Shown piece by piece: positions 28,085 through 36,479 of a stretch of 36,479 bases of DNA. Under the pieces are notes generated by a model, which made no database searches, had not been told where the DNA came from, and saw nothing but the letters and a program-made list of their open reading frames with translations. This DNA comes from Elusimicrobiota bacterium (GTDB taxonomy: Bacteria > Elusimicrobiota > Elusimicrobia > UBA1565 > UBA9628). The stretch lies in the NCBI GenBank assembly GCA_027319565.1, contig DAHVNA010000020.1:1-36479 (forward strand). Direction: 5' to 3'. The number at the start of each line of letters is the position of its first letter. Positions within the stretch are counted from its first letter, which is position 1. A program made the translations under genes and the position numbers.

Positions 28085-29767
28085 TCAGTAAAATTTTGCC
28101 TTAAAAGACAGGCGACGGCGTCGGATATCGGGCTTGATGCGCAGAAGAAAAGATTCTCGCGGAACCGCTTTGAGCCCTTTGTCCAGCCACTCCCGCGATT
28201 TTTTCCAATCTCCTCTCGCCGCCCATTGATAGGTCATGATATCGTAACTATAACCGTCTGTGGGATCTAGTTCAATTGCCTGAGAAAACCTGCGGTCCGC
28301 GCGCTCAAATTCTCCTAAGGCGATATCCACGCTTCCCAGCCAGCGGTAAAGACTCGGGCTTTTCCATCTCAAAATTTGATTGGGATCTCTGCTTGAATAG
28401 TAATTTAAAACCCGATCTCGATGGTTTTGTCTAAGCCACAGGGCGTGCCTGAAATACTCTTGAGATAGATGGTAATGGCCTTCCTGGAAATAAGACTCGC
28501 CCAGCCCTTCATCGGCCTTGGCGCACCAGGGGTAAATTTGAGCAAGACTCGACCATAATCTTGGGCCGCTTTGCCAATCTTTCAGACGCGCCCATCCGCA
28601 GAGAGACCAGAATATCAAAACCAGGATTCCAACCCAAGCGCGGCGATAAATTGCCATTCCGGTTAAAACCGAAAGGCCGAGAAAGGGCAGATACAGCCAT
28701 CTCTCGGCCAAAAGGCGGGTGTTGAGGGCGGCCATCGGAAACAGATTGGAAGTGAGCGCGAGAAACCCCAGCGGCCACAAAAGAAAAAAGACAATTCTCT
28801 TTTCATCTTTTTTCCAGAAATAAAATCCGGCATAGGCCCAGGCCGATAAAAGGCCTATCCCCATTCCCAGTTCAAGAGCCCCATAAAGCCAGGAAGCGGG
28901 TGGGAGGGCGAAATATTCAATCCGGAGACTCAGAGGCAAAAAGAAGATGCGGATGGCCGTTTCAAACCCCGCAAGGGCGAAAAATAAGCGTGTTCCGAAA
29001 GATAAGACTACGGGTTTTTGAAGAACCCCGGGGCCCTTGAGGGGGCCAAAATAAATCGCGAGATACGCCGCCGCTATCAAAAAATAAAACGCGTAAATTT
29101 TTGTTTTTTCTTTCCATCGCTTATCCGTCAAAAAGTCATGGAGAAAAACCAGAGGCAAGAAGACAATCGCGGTTTCTTTTGAAAGAAACGCCCAGACAAG
29201 GCCCAAAGAGGCGAGAAAATATTTTTTGTGGCGATGACACAAAAGAAAAAAAAGAAGCCCCAAGGCGACCAGAACTTCTTCATTAAATGAGACGCACATC
29301 AAGGTCTCTATGTTAGAGGGCTGCGTCCAAAAAAGGGCTGCGGCCCAGGAAGCGGCCAATTCGGTAAAGCCTAAGGAAAGAGACAGGGCAAACAACATAA
29401 ACCCAATCAAAACATGGGCCGCCCATTGAGGCGAGCGCATCGCCGCGGGAGATTTTCCAAAGATTCTCGCCATGGCGTAATAACTGAATGTCGCTAGAGG
29501 CCTCCAGGATTCTTCGCCCGAAAAAGAATAATAATGGGAATTAAAAAATTCCTTGCCGGGGATGGGGCGGTCTATTTCTGAGTTAAGAACGATGGTTCCC
29601 CTATCGTCGAGCAAAAACGGATCATTGATGTGGGGGAGATAAAGGACGGCCCAAAGGGTGAGCCCAAGAAAGAGAGGCCAAAACCTCTTAAAAACGTTTT
29701 TTTCTGTTTTCGAACTCACGGCCCTCGGCGCAGATTCTCTCGATGTCATTAATTTCCTTGGGGACAT
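28085..29767 (-). CDS. TMTC-like GT-C membrane glycosyltransferase with C-terminal TPRs (start may be GTG at 29719)
   Basis: First-loop FLLDD, WRPL, SKETA, FFLPLSL, LAERWLYLP, DWQS...LW, then TPR helices (LGESY..EG, QAIELDP); many TM segments. Confidence 0.8.
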   Translation of the reverse strand: MSPRKLMTSRESAPRAVSSKTEKNVFKRFWPLFLGLTLWAVLYLPHINDPFLLDDRGTIVLNSEIDRPIPGKEFFNSHYYSFSGEESWRPLATFSYYAMARIFGKSPAAMRSPQWAAHVLIGFMLFALSLSLGFTELAASWAAALFWTQPSNIETLMCVSFNEEVLVALGLLFFLLCHRHKKYFLASLGLVWAFLSKETAIVFLPLVFLHDFLTDKRWKEKTKIYAFYFLIAAAYLAIYFGPLKGPGVLQKPVVLSFGTRLFFALAGFETAIRIFFLPLSLRIEYFALPPASWLYGALELGMGIGLLSAWAYAGFYFWKKDEKRIVFFLLWPLGFLALTSNLFPMAALNTRLLAERWLYLPFLGLSVLTGMAIYRRAWVGILVLIFWSLCGWARLKDWQSGPRLWSSLAQIYPWCAKADEGLGESYFQEGHYHLSQEYFRHALWLRQNHRDRVLNYYSSRDPNQILRWKSPSLYRWLGSVDIALGEFERADRRFSQAIELDPTDGYSYDIMTYQWAARGDWKKSREWLDKGLKAVPRESFLLRIKPDIRRRRLSFKAKFY

Positions 29768-31061
29768 GGGTGAGGTTTAAAGCCGCGCCGACAGACCTAA
29801 TCAGGATATCATCTTCGATTCGGATGCCGCCAAAATGAAGGAAGTTTTTGACCGCTTTAAAATTAATCTGGGCTTTCATTTTCTCTTGAATTTTCGGGTT
29901 TTCCAAAAGAAAGCGAATAAAATAAATGCCGGGTTCCATCGTGATGACAAATCCGGCTTCGAGTTTCGCCGAAAAACGGACAGGGACCTTGGTGGGATTG
30001 GGGACGCATCTCTTTTTCCCGCCGATGACGTCGTGGACGTCAAGCCCCAACATATGGGTCAGGCCATGAGGATAGAAGACGCGAACCGCCCCGTTTTCAA
30101 TTAGGCCGTCAACCTCGCCTTTGAGTATCCCCAAGGATTTAAGGCCCTCGGCGATGATCCGCATTGAAAGCACATGAAGCTCGGCCGACAAAGCCCCTGG
30201 CCGCGCGCTTGAGATTGATTTTTTTTGGGCTTCGAGAACAATTGAATAAATGTCCCGCTGTTGTCGAGTGAAACGTCCATTGGCGGGAAAGGTGCGTGTA
30301 ATATCGGCGGAATATCCCCGGAATTCCGCTCCCGCGTCGATTAAAACCAGATCCCCGTCTTTGATTTTGTCCGAGTTTTTATTGTAATGCAAGACGGCCG
30401 CATTTTTACCGGTCGCGACAATAGAGGGGTATCCCAGGGAAGAAAGTCCGGATTTAAGACATTCCGATTCAAAAACGGCTTGCGCTTCATATTCATATTG
30501 CCCGGGGCGGGTTTGGCGCATGACCTCGATGTGGGCGTCTCCAGAAACGCGGTTTGAGACTTTTAACAATTCTATTTCTCCCGGAATTTTGACGGCCCTA
30601 AGCTCCTCTAAAGCTTCCCGCAAGTCCTCGGGAAATATCGAATGCCGCCCCAGATGCTTGAGCTCGTCTTTGGCCTCTTTGGGGGCGTATATTTTCCGAT
30701 ATCCGTTAAAGGATTTTTTAATTTCAGATTTAAGATCGTCTTGATAGCATACTTTTGAAAATCCGTAGCGCTTGCGGGATTCTTCCAAGGTCGGCAAGGT
30801 CCCAATCCAAACTAAATGGTGCTCATCGGCCTTGGGAATGAAAAGAACGTCTTTTTTGCGTTTGGGATCAATGAGAATCCAGGCTCCCGGCTCTTCAAAG
30901 CCGCTGAGATAGAGAAAATCGGATTGTTGGCGGAATGGATATTCGACATCTCCATTGCGGACAATGGGATTGCCTCCTTTCAAAAGGATAAGCCCGTCCG
31001 GCAGCCTTTGGGCGAGGAATTGTCTAATTTGAGAGTAATGCTTAAATGAGGGGAGATTCAT
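29688..31061 (-). CDS. pepP: Xaa-Pro aminopeptidase (M24B)
   Basis: YPFRQQSDFLYLSG, LHY, LIDAG...YSADITRT, HGLTHMLGLDVHD, TMEPGIY, GGIRIEDD. Start set at MNLPS (31061), which has an AAGGA SD. Confidence 0.9.
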   Translation of the reverse strand: MNLPSFKHYSQIRQFLAQRLPDGLILLKGGNPIVRNGDVEYPFRQQSDFLYLSGFEEPGAWILIDPKRKKDVLFIPKADEHHLVWIGTLPTLEESRKRYGFSKVCYQDDLKSEIKKSFNGYRKIYAPKEAKDELKHLGRHSIFPEDLREALEELRAVKIPGEIELLKVSNRVSGDAHIEVMRQTRPGQYEYEAQAVFESECLKSGLSSLGYPSIVATGKNAAVLHYNKNSDKIKDGDLVLIDAGAEFRGYSADITRTFPANGRFTRQQRDIYSIVLEAQKKSISSARPGALSAELHVLSMRIIAEGLKSLGILKGEVDGLIENGAVRVFYPHGLTHMLGLDVHDVIGGKKRCVPNPTKVPVRFSAKLEAGFVITMEPGIYFIRFLLENPKIQEKMKAQINFKAVKNFLHFGGIRIEDDILIRSVGAALNLTHVPKEINDIERICAEGREFENRKKRF

Positions 31062-31063
31062 TT

Positions 31064-32101
31064 TTATTCCTTGATCGCGTTTTTCCCGACCACTCCGGCG
31101 ATTCTTGCGACGTCCTTGGCCCAATCGGGGATAAAACTCCGGGAATCCTGGGGGTTGTCCCGGTAGCGCTCCAGTTCTTCCGAAATTTGAAAAGCGAGCT
31201 TTAAAGCCTCGATGCCTCGCTCCGCCGAAGGCCAGGGTTTGACATTGTTTCGGATGCAGTTAATCCAATGCAGGTGTTCGCTTTTGAGCGGCTCGGTCGA
31301 AGACAGCTTCGGCCTTAGGATTTCGATGTCCTTTAAGCTTTTGATGGTGGCGGATTTTTTCTTGTAAATTTTAAGATCGGAATTTCCGTAATCAAGGGAA
31401 ATGTAACCTTCTTTTTGAAATAGGCGGAGCTTTCGGCTTTTAGCGAGGGAAATGCGGCTGGCCGTGAGATTGGCGACGCAACCGGTCTTGAATCGCACGC
31501 GGACGTTGGCGATATCCTCGTAATCAGACAAGATATGGGCTCCCAGGGCTTCAATCGATTCGACTTCGGAACCGACCAAGGTCAGTAAAATGTCTAAGTC
31601 ATGGATCATCAGATCCAAGACGACTCCGATATGGGACATTCGCGGATCATAGGGCCCTAAGCGCTCGACGGTGATAAAGCGGGGTTCATGGATGTGCTTG
31701 ACGGCTTCAAGGACGGCGGGGTTAAAGCGCTCGATATGCCCGACTTGAAGGACGAGATTTTTTTCTTGGGACAAAGCCAAAAGCTTTCGGGCTTCGTCTA
31801 GTGACGAGGCCAGCGGCTTTTCGATGAGGCAATGAAGGCCACGCTCGAGGGCTTCTTTTCCCACTTGATAATGGAGCGGGGTCGGAACCGAGATAACGAC
31901 CGCTTCCGCGCGGGAAAAAACATCCTGATAATTCCGGACCGGGGTGGTATTGGCCTTCCATGCGGCGATCTGCGCGCGCCACAAATTGAGGTCCGCTATC
32001 GCGACGAGATCGACTTCCGGGATTTTGCTGAGAACCCGGGCGTGATGGCTTCCCATGGCGCCGGCGCCGATGACAGCGACTTTGATTTTATTTGAGTTCA
32101 T
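31064..32101 (-). CDS. Gfo/Idh/MocA oxidoreductase (GnnA-like, lipid A cluster associated)
   Basis: VIGAGAMG, EKP, VGHIERFNP, DLMIHDLD, ASRIS. Overlaps the lpxI stop; start set at MNSNK (32101). Confidence 0.88.
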   Translation of the reverse strand: MNSNKIKVAVIGAGAMGSHHARVLSKIPEVDLVAIADLNLWRAQIAAWKANTTPVRNYQDVFSRAEAVVISVPTPLHYQVGKEALERGLHCLIEKPLASSLDEARKLLALSQEKNLVLQVGHIERFNPAVLEAVKHIHEPRFITVERLGPYDPRMSHIGVVLDLMIHDLDILLTLVGSEVESIEALGAHILSDYEDIANVRVRFKTGCVANLTASRISLAKSRKLRLFQKEGYISLDYGNSDLKIYKKKSATIKSLKDIEILRPKLSSTEPLKSEHLHWINCIRNNVKPWPSAERGIEALKLAFQISEELERYRDNPQDSRSFIPDWAKDVARIAGVVGKNAIKE

Positions 32102-32951
32102 AGTTTTTTTCCGTGGGGCCCGTGGATGGATAAGCAACGAGCGCGATTTTTTGTTGGTTCACTTCTTGGATAAATTGATCCTTGTCGAAAATCATCACGG
32201 ACTTAGCCTCAAGGGCTAAAGCGGAAACAGAAGCCTGGGAAAAGACCTTGAGAGTTTCAAGCCCGATAATTGGAATGTCAAAGCGCAGGTCTTGTTTTGG
32301 CTTTGCGACCTTGACGACGACGAGTTGCGGTTTTTTTCCGCGGGCTTGGACGATTTCTTTGGCCCTCATGATGCAGGCATCGGTTCCCTCCATCGCTTCC
32401 ACCGCGACGATCGCCTTCTCTTTCGATACGACGGTTTGTCCGATGTCAAAAGCGGCTACCGCTTTAGCCGCTTTCCAGCCGATGAGGATGTCTTCAAATT
32501 CCTCTTGAGTAGGTTTTCTTTGGCTTAATATTCCTTCCGGTACGAGTAGATGGGATAAAAAAGTCGTCGAGGGCAAAAGCTCGATGCCTTCGCTTTGAAG
32601 TTCGGAGGCGATTTCGCCTAAAAGGGTGTCTGTCCGGCGGTCCTTGGCCCTCCATAAAATTTTGGCCGCTCTTAAGTCGGGAGAAATTCCCCCAAAAAGA
32701 GAAGCGTGTTGAACTTTTCCCGCCATGACGGCTTGGCTGACGCCTTCTTTTTTAAAAGTCTCGATCGGCTTTGAGAGTTGTCCGAGCTTGAAGTAGTAAA
32801 GCCGAGAAACCAAACTCTCGAGCTTAGGATCGGTAATCCCAGGCATACCGATGGCGATGACGGAAACCCCTAATCTCCTCGCTTCTTCGGCGAAAAGGAG
32901 GGGAAACTTTCCCGAACCGGCAATTAGACCTATTTTTTTATGATGAGTCAT
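32088..32951 (-). CDS. lpxI: UDP-2,3-diacylglucosamine diphosphatase LpxI
   Basis: IGLIAGSGKFP, AVMAGKV, DIGQTVV, AVEAMEGTD, KVAKPKQDLRFDIPIIG. Confidence 0.93.
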   Translation of the reverse strand: MTHHKKIGLIAGSGKFPLLFAEEARRLGVSVIAIGMPGITDPKLESLVSRLYYFKLGQLSKPIETFKKEGVSQAVMAGKVQHASLFGGISPDLRAAKILWRAKDRRTDTLLGEIASELQSEGIELLPSTTFLSHLLVPEGILSQRKPTQEEFEDILIGWKAAKAVAAFDIGQTVVSKEKAIVAVEAMEGTDACIMRAKEIVQARGKKPQLVVVKVAKPKQDLRFDIPIIGLETLKVFSQASVSALALEAKSVMIFDKDQFIQEVNQQKIALVAYPSTGPTEKNYELK

Positions 32952-32969
32952 CAGGCGCCTAACAGAGTT

Positions 32970-32975
32970 ATTATA
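32970..32975 (-). promoter_or_regulatory. -10 box for the lpxI operon
   Basis: Perfect TATAAT on the minus strand, 18 nt before the ATG; no clear -35. Confidence 0.45.
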
Positions 32976-32992
32976 GCGGAATTGAGGCGGGT

Positions 32993-34198
32993 CTAATTCC
33001 GCGGAATTTCAAAAATAAAACGGCTGCCGCGTCCGGGCCCTTCTGATTCCGCGCGCAAAGTGGCGTTGTGTTTTTGAGCGATTCTCAGCGCCGAGGATAG
33101 CCCCAGGCCAGTTCCCTCTTTTTTAGTCGTAAAGAAAGGCATAAAGAGTTTTGCGCGGTCAAGCATAGTTATTCCGCATCCATTATCTTCTATTTGAATG
33201 AAAACTTTTCCCCTTTCCCAGTTAAAGAGAGATTTTGCGCCCAGATGGGCCAAAATGCGGATGCGCCCCGAAGAATTTGGAGAGATTGACTCGACGGAAT
33301 TTTGGATCAAAACCGTGAAAGCCTGTTCCAATAATTCCGTGTCGCCTAAAACCGGAAGCGGGTCTTCAAATCCCACCATTTCATGTTTGATTTTTTTGGC
33401 CCGTATTTGAGGCTCCAGGGAGTGAAGGGCTTGTTTGATGGGGGTCCTTAAGTCAACGGGGGCAAGCCTTACGGATTCTCTTCGCCCCATTTCGATGATG
33501 CGGGATAAAAGGGCGCGGCATTTCCAAATTTCCTCTCGGATGTCTTTGGCTTCCGAAGCGGCCGGAGGCCCTAAACGCTGTTCCAAAATATCGGCGCTGA
33601 CCAAAATATTCGATAGCGGGCCTTTGAGTTGATGGGCGAGATGGGCGGCGACGTCGGAAACCGACTCTAGCCGCGCTTGGGCTTCTTCCCATTTTTTCTT
33701 TCGCGTTTCTTCTTCTTTTTGTATTCGCCGCGCCTCTAGCGAGAGAAGAGCCAGAAGCGCGGTGGCTGCGACCAGAAATATCGCTTTGAGCCAAAAGCTG
33801 GTGCCCAAATTGTGAGAGGCGAAATTAATTGAGAAAAATAACGAGAGAGAAATAATTCCAATCAAAAAGCTTTGCTTCCAATTGGAGGTAAGAGCGGTTC
33901 CCATGACGATGAAAAGGTAAATGAGATCAAGATTAGCGTTTCCCGAGGAATAGAAAAGGGCAATCGAGGCGGTTAAGGCGTCTCCGATAAAAAAAGTCGC
34001 CTGAAAATACCAGCGTTCCAGTATTGTCGAGGGCGCGAGAGATAAAAAAAGAAGGGTTAAACCGCTCCAAGATAAAACCACCCAGCGAAGCCCGAGGCTC
34101 ATCTGGGACGCGCCCGGATAGAATGCGAGAATCAGCGTTAGGACCGCGAAGAAAAGCCCTTGGAAGGCGAAATAAAGGCTTTTTTTATTGGAGGGCAT
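32993..34198 (-). CDS. Multi-TM sensor histidine kinase (PilS-like membrane domain, atypical H-box)
   Basis: About 6 N-terminal TM helices; AHQLKGPL; IEDNGCGI; FMPFFTTK; GTGLGL. Confidence 0.88.
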   Translation of the reverse strand: MPSNKKSLYFAFQGLFFAVLTLILAFYPGASQMSLGLRWVVLSWSGLTLLFLSLAPSTILERWYFQATFFIGDALTASIALFYSSGNANLDLIYLFIVMGTALTSNWKQSFLIGIISLSLFFSINFASHNLGTSFWLKAIFLVAATALLALLSLEARRIQKEEETRKKKWEEAQARLESVSDVAAHLAHQLKGPLSNILVSADILEQRLGPPAASEAKDIREEIWKCRALLSRIIEMGRRESVRLAPVDLRTPIKQALHSLEPQIRAKKIKHEMVGFEDPLPVLGDTELLEQAFTVLIQNSVESISPNSSGRIRILAHLGAKSLFNWERGKVFIQIEDNGCGITMLDRAKLFMPFFTTKKEGTGLGLSSALRIAQKHNATLRAESEGPGRGSRFIFEIPRN

Positions 34199-34868
34199 CG
34201 AAATTGAGCCGATAGCCTACTTTTGGAATGGTTTCAAGAGTGAATGCCTTTTTGCCCAGTTTTTTGCGGATATTTTTGATATGGGCGTCCAGGCTTCTGG
34301 GAGAGGCGTTAGATTCGTAGGGAGATGTCCGTTCGATAATGAAAAACCGCTCGAGGGTCTTGCCGGGGTTGGCCGCCAAAAGGGCGAGAATCTCAAATTC
34401 CCGCGGCCGAAGTTTCAGCGGCTTTGCGTCCAAAAAAGCTTCGCGAGACTCTAAATTCATAAACAATCCGGTCTGGGGAGTTTTGGGCGCGCGAAAGCGC
34501 CCGCGCCTTAATACCGCGCGAATTCTCGCCAAGAGTTCTAGCGCCCCAAAGGGCTTGGTCAGGTAATCATCGGCCCCTAGGTCAAGGCCCAAGGCCTTGT
34601 CTTTTTCTCCGGAAAGGCCGGTGAGAAAAATAACGGGGATATCGTTGACCGAGGCGTTTCTTCTAATTTCTTTTAATATCTGCCTTCCGTCAAAATCCGC
34701 AAGCCCGATATCCAGAAGAATGAGATCGGGCTTAAAATCCAAAAGGTTTGAAATCAGCCGCTCGGGCCGAGGCAAACGCTTCAAGATAAACCCCTTCTCC
34801 ATTCCCAATGATTTTTCTACCGCTTTGGCGGCGGAATCATCGTCTTCGACTAAAAGCACTCGCGGCAT
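34185..34868 (-). CDS. OmpR/PhoB-family response regulator
   Basis: LLVEDD, DLILLD, FLTG, GADDYLTKPF, wHTH RSLDAHIKNIRKKL...ETIPKVGYR. Confidence 0.93.
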   Translation of the reverse strand: MPRVLLVEDDDSAAKAVEKSLGMEKGFILKRLPRPERLISNLLDFKPDLILLDIGLADFDGRQILKEIRRNASVNDIPVIFLTGLSGEKDKALGLDLGADDYLTKPFGALELLARIRAVLRRGRFRAPKTPQTGLFMNLESREAFLDAKPLKLRPREFEILALLAANPGKTLERFFIIERTSPYESNASPRSLDAHIKNIRKKLGKKAFTLETIPKVGYRLNFDALQ

Positions 34869-34963
34869 TTATATGTTCTACAAAATTTTTTTCGCTTTCA
34901 CATTTTTTTCAGATTTTTATGATAAACTAGCATTGTCGTCTAAATCAAAAACAGGGGGAAAAA

Positions 34964-35455
34964 ATGAAGCCAATCATGGAAGCAAAGCGTAAAAAGGAGT
35001 CCGGTTTTACCTTGATCGAACTCTTGGTCGTCGTTTTAATCATCGGCATCTTGGCCGCCATCGCCATTCCGCAATATTTCGCGGTTATTGAAAAGGGCCG
35101 CTTTGCAGAGGCGATGAATTGTCTTGATATTTTACGCGGGGCGGAATCTCGCTATTATCTAGCAGAGACAAGCTATGCAAGTCTCAGTGCTCCCGTTGTA
35201 ACTAATGGCGGATCAGAGAATCAACCTACTCCACTAGATGCGACCTGCCAGCCGAAATATTTTTCTGCAGACACTGTTGGAAGCGGCAACACGTATACAG
35301 TTACTCTTACGAGAGTAAGCAATAATGCTCAATGTCCTACAGAATATGGGTGTTATACTGTCACCTACACTCATACGCAAGGTGTGGCAGATTCTGGGAT
35401 TCTGTGTAATGGAACGCCTAACAGTTGTCAGAGTATGGTTCCCGCGGGTTCTTAA
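34964..35455 (+). CDS. Type IV pilin (PilA/PilE-like)
   Basis: Class III signal KKESG|FTLIELLVVVLIIGILAAIAIPQY; six Cys; SD AGGGGG; own terminator. Confidence 0.93.
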   Translation: MKPIMEAKRKKESGFTLIELLVVVLIIGILAAIAIPQYFAVIEKGRFAEAMNCLDILRGAESRYYLAETSYASLSAPVVTNGGSENQPTPLDATCQPKYFSADTVGSGNTYTVTLTRVSNNAQCPTEYGCYTVTYTHTQGVADSGILCNGTPNSCQSMVPAGS

Positions 35456-35476
35456 CTCTTGTCTCGAGGATCGGAT

Positions 35477-35509
35477 AAAGAGGGCCGCCTTCGGACGGCC
35501 CTCTTTTTT
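35477..35509 (+). terminator. Rho-independent terminator after the pilin
   Basis: AAAGAGGGCCG-c-C(TTCG)G-a-CGGCCCTCTTT followed by further T residues. Confidence 0.88.
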
Positions 35510-35517
35510 GGGTTTTT

Positions 35518-36479
35518 GTGATTTTTTTTAATTTCTTTCCCGCATTCAAATCAAAACACGTCAAAATCGGAACAGGAATCGTGTTTCTGTTCGTGAGCAT
35601 TCTTTATTTCTTTGCGGCCCATGAACATCTCTTGGGCGGCTTCGGCGATGAGCCTTTCTTCATTCTTTTGGCGCAATCGCTTTGGCATGGGCAGTTTCAT
35701 TTGCCCTTGATGAATTTGCCAATAACCGATCCTCTTCCGGGTTATCCCCTCCTTTTGGCCTTGCCCATCCATTTTTTAGGCAGACATTGGAATTATTATT
35801 TTTTTATTGGGCTTTTTCAAATCTTGATTGCCCTCTATTTTTCTTGGCGCTTGGCCCGTGAGTTTTTAACTTCCGGGATAGCCTTACTAACTTTTCTTTT
35901 AATTGCAATCAACCCGACTCTTCTTTTTTATTCCGGCACGATCTTTTTAGATACCGCCTATTTAGCTATTTCCCTGATTCTCTTTTTTGCGATTGCCCAT
36001 GCGGAAGAAAGTTCTATTCTTTATTGGGCGCCATTGTCTGCCTTATCTCCGCTGATTAAACCTCATGGGGCAATTCTCATTTTGTGTCTTATGGTTTTAA
36101 TTTCCCTGCGTTTTAATTGGAAGAAAGCCGTTCTTTTTGGGTTTGTATCTTTTCTTCCTTTGGCTTTATGGCTTTTGAGAAATCACCTTCTTGCGGGAAC
36201 TTCGACCGGCTATATGGACAACTGGCTTTCGCAAGCCTCTTTGCCGCAAAATAAAGGGAACCCTCTTTTCCATATCATGAAGGTTGTCGCTTCGCTTTGG
36301 GGGGCAGCTCCCTTGGGCGCCTATCGCAGGACTTGGGCGCTATTTCCCTTCTGGATGAGTTTAGGGTTTGGGATATTGTTGATTGTCTTTTTTTCAAGAG
36401 GGGTTAGTCGACTCATCAAGAATCCCTCTCATCAGGCGCTTGTTTTTTCCCTGGCTTTATACATTCTTTTATTGAGTTT
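35518..36479 (+). CDS. GT-C (ArnT/PMT-like) membrane glycosyltransferase, 3'-truncated; not in the ORF track
   Basis: Frame 1 is open from GTG 35518 to the window end: ...GGFGDEPFFILLAQSL..G...PGYPLLLA...INPTLLFYS...LIKPHG...PLALWLLRN; many TM segments. The start codon is uncertain. Confidence 0.8.
   Translation, partial: MIFFNFFPAFKSKHVKIGTGIVFLFVSILYFFAAHEHLLGGFGDEPFFILLAQSLWHGQFHLPLMNLPITDPLPGYPLLLALPIHFLGRHWNYYFFIGLFQILIALYFSWRLAREFLTSGIALLTFLLIAINPTLLFYSGTIFLDTAYLAISLILFFAIAHAEESSILYWAPLSALSPLIKPHGAILILCLMVLISLRFNWKKAVLFGFVSFLPLALWLLRNHLLAGTSTGYMDNWLSQASLPQNKGNPLFHIMKVVASLWGAAPLGAYRRTWALFPFWMSLGFGILLIVFFSRGVSRLIKNPSHQALVFSLALYILLLS

Noticed and set aside
35150..35455. Foreign low-GC cassette in the pilin 3' half
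   Set aside because: A hand count gives about 46% GC over 35161-35400, not clearly different from neighbouring genes.

Overview
Bacterial chromosomal window from a diderm (lpxI present). The gene styles (giant Ig-rich protein with a FlgD/T9SS-like C-terminus, 'PQY' type IV pilin, TMTC-like GT-C) suggest Elusimicrobiota or a similar lineage; this is inference only. Bases 1-18282 are the 3' part of one giant ORF, open from base 1 (>6,090 aa), encoding a modular, Lys/Arg-poor surface protein. Next come a PAS-GGDEF cyclase, a degenerate nucleotidyltransferase-like ORF, a class I/II aminotransferase, a 50-aa basic ORF absent from the ORF track with its own promoter and RBS, a sensor kinase plus LysM-FecR pair, and a cyclophilin lipoprotein. 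Beside tRNA-Ser(GCT) sits a standalone gene fusing a RibD-like Zn deaminase to a HATPase_c_4 (RecG_C-type) ATPase and a winged HTH, followed by palindromes and arm-site-like repeats; this is the best candidate for an undescribed conflict/defence system. The right end holds an lpxI-Gfo/Idh/MocA-pepP-TMTC-like operon, a two-component pair divergent from a type IV pilin, and a partial GT-C glycosyltransferase. Several genes appear leaderless.
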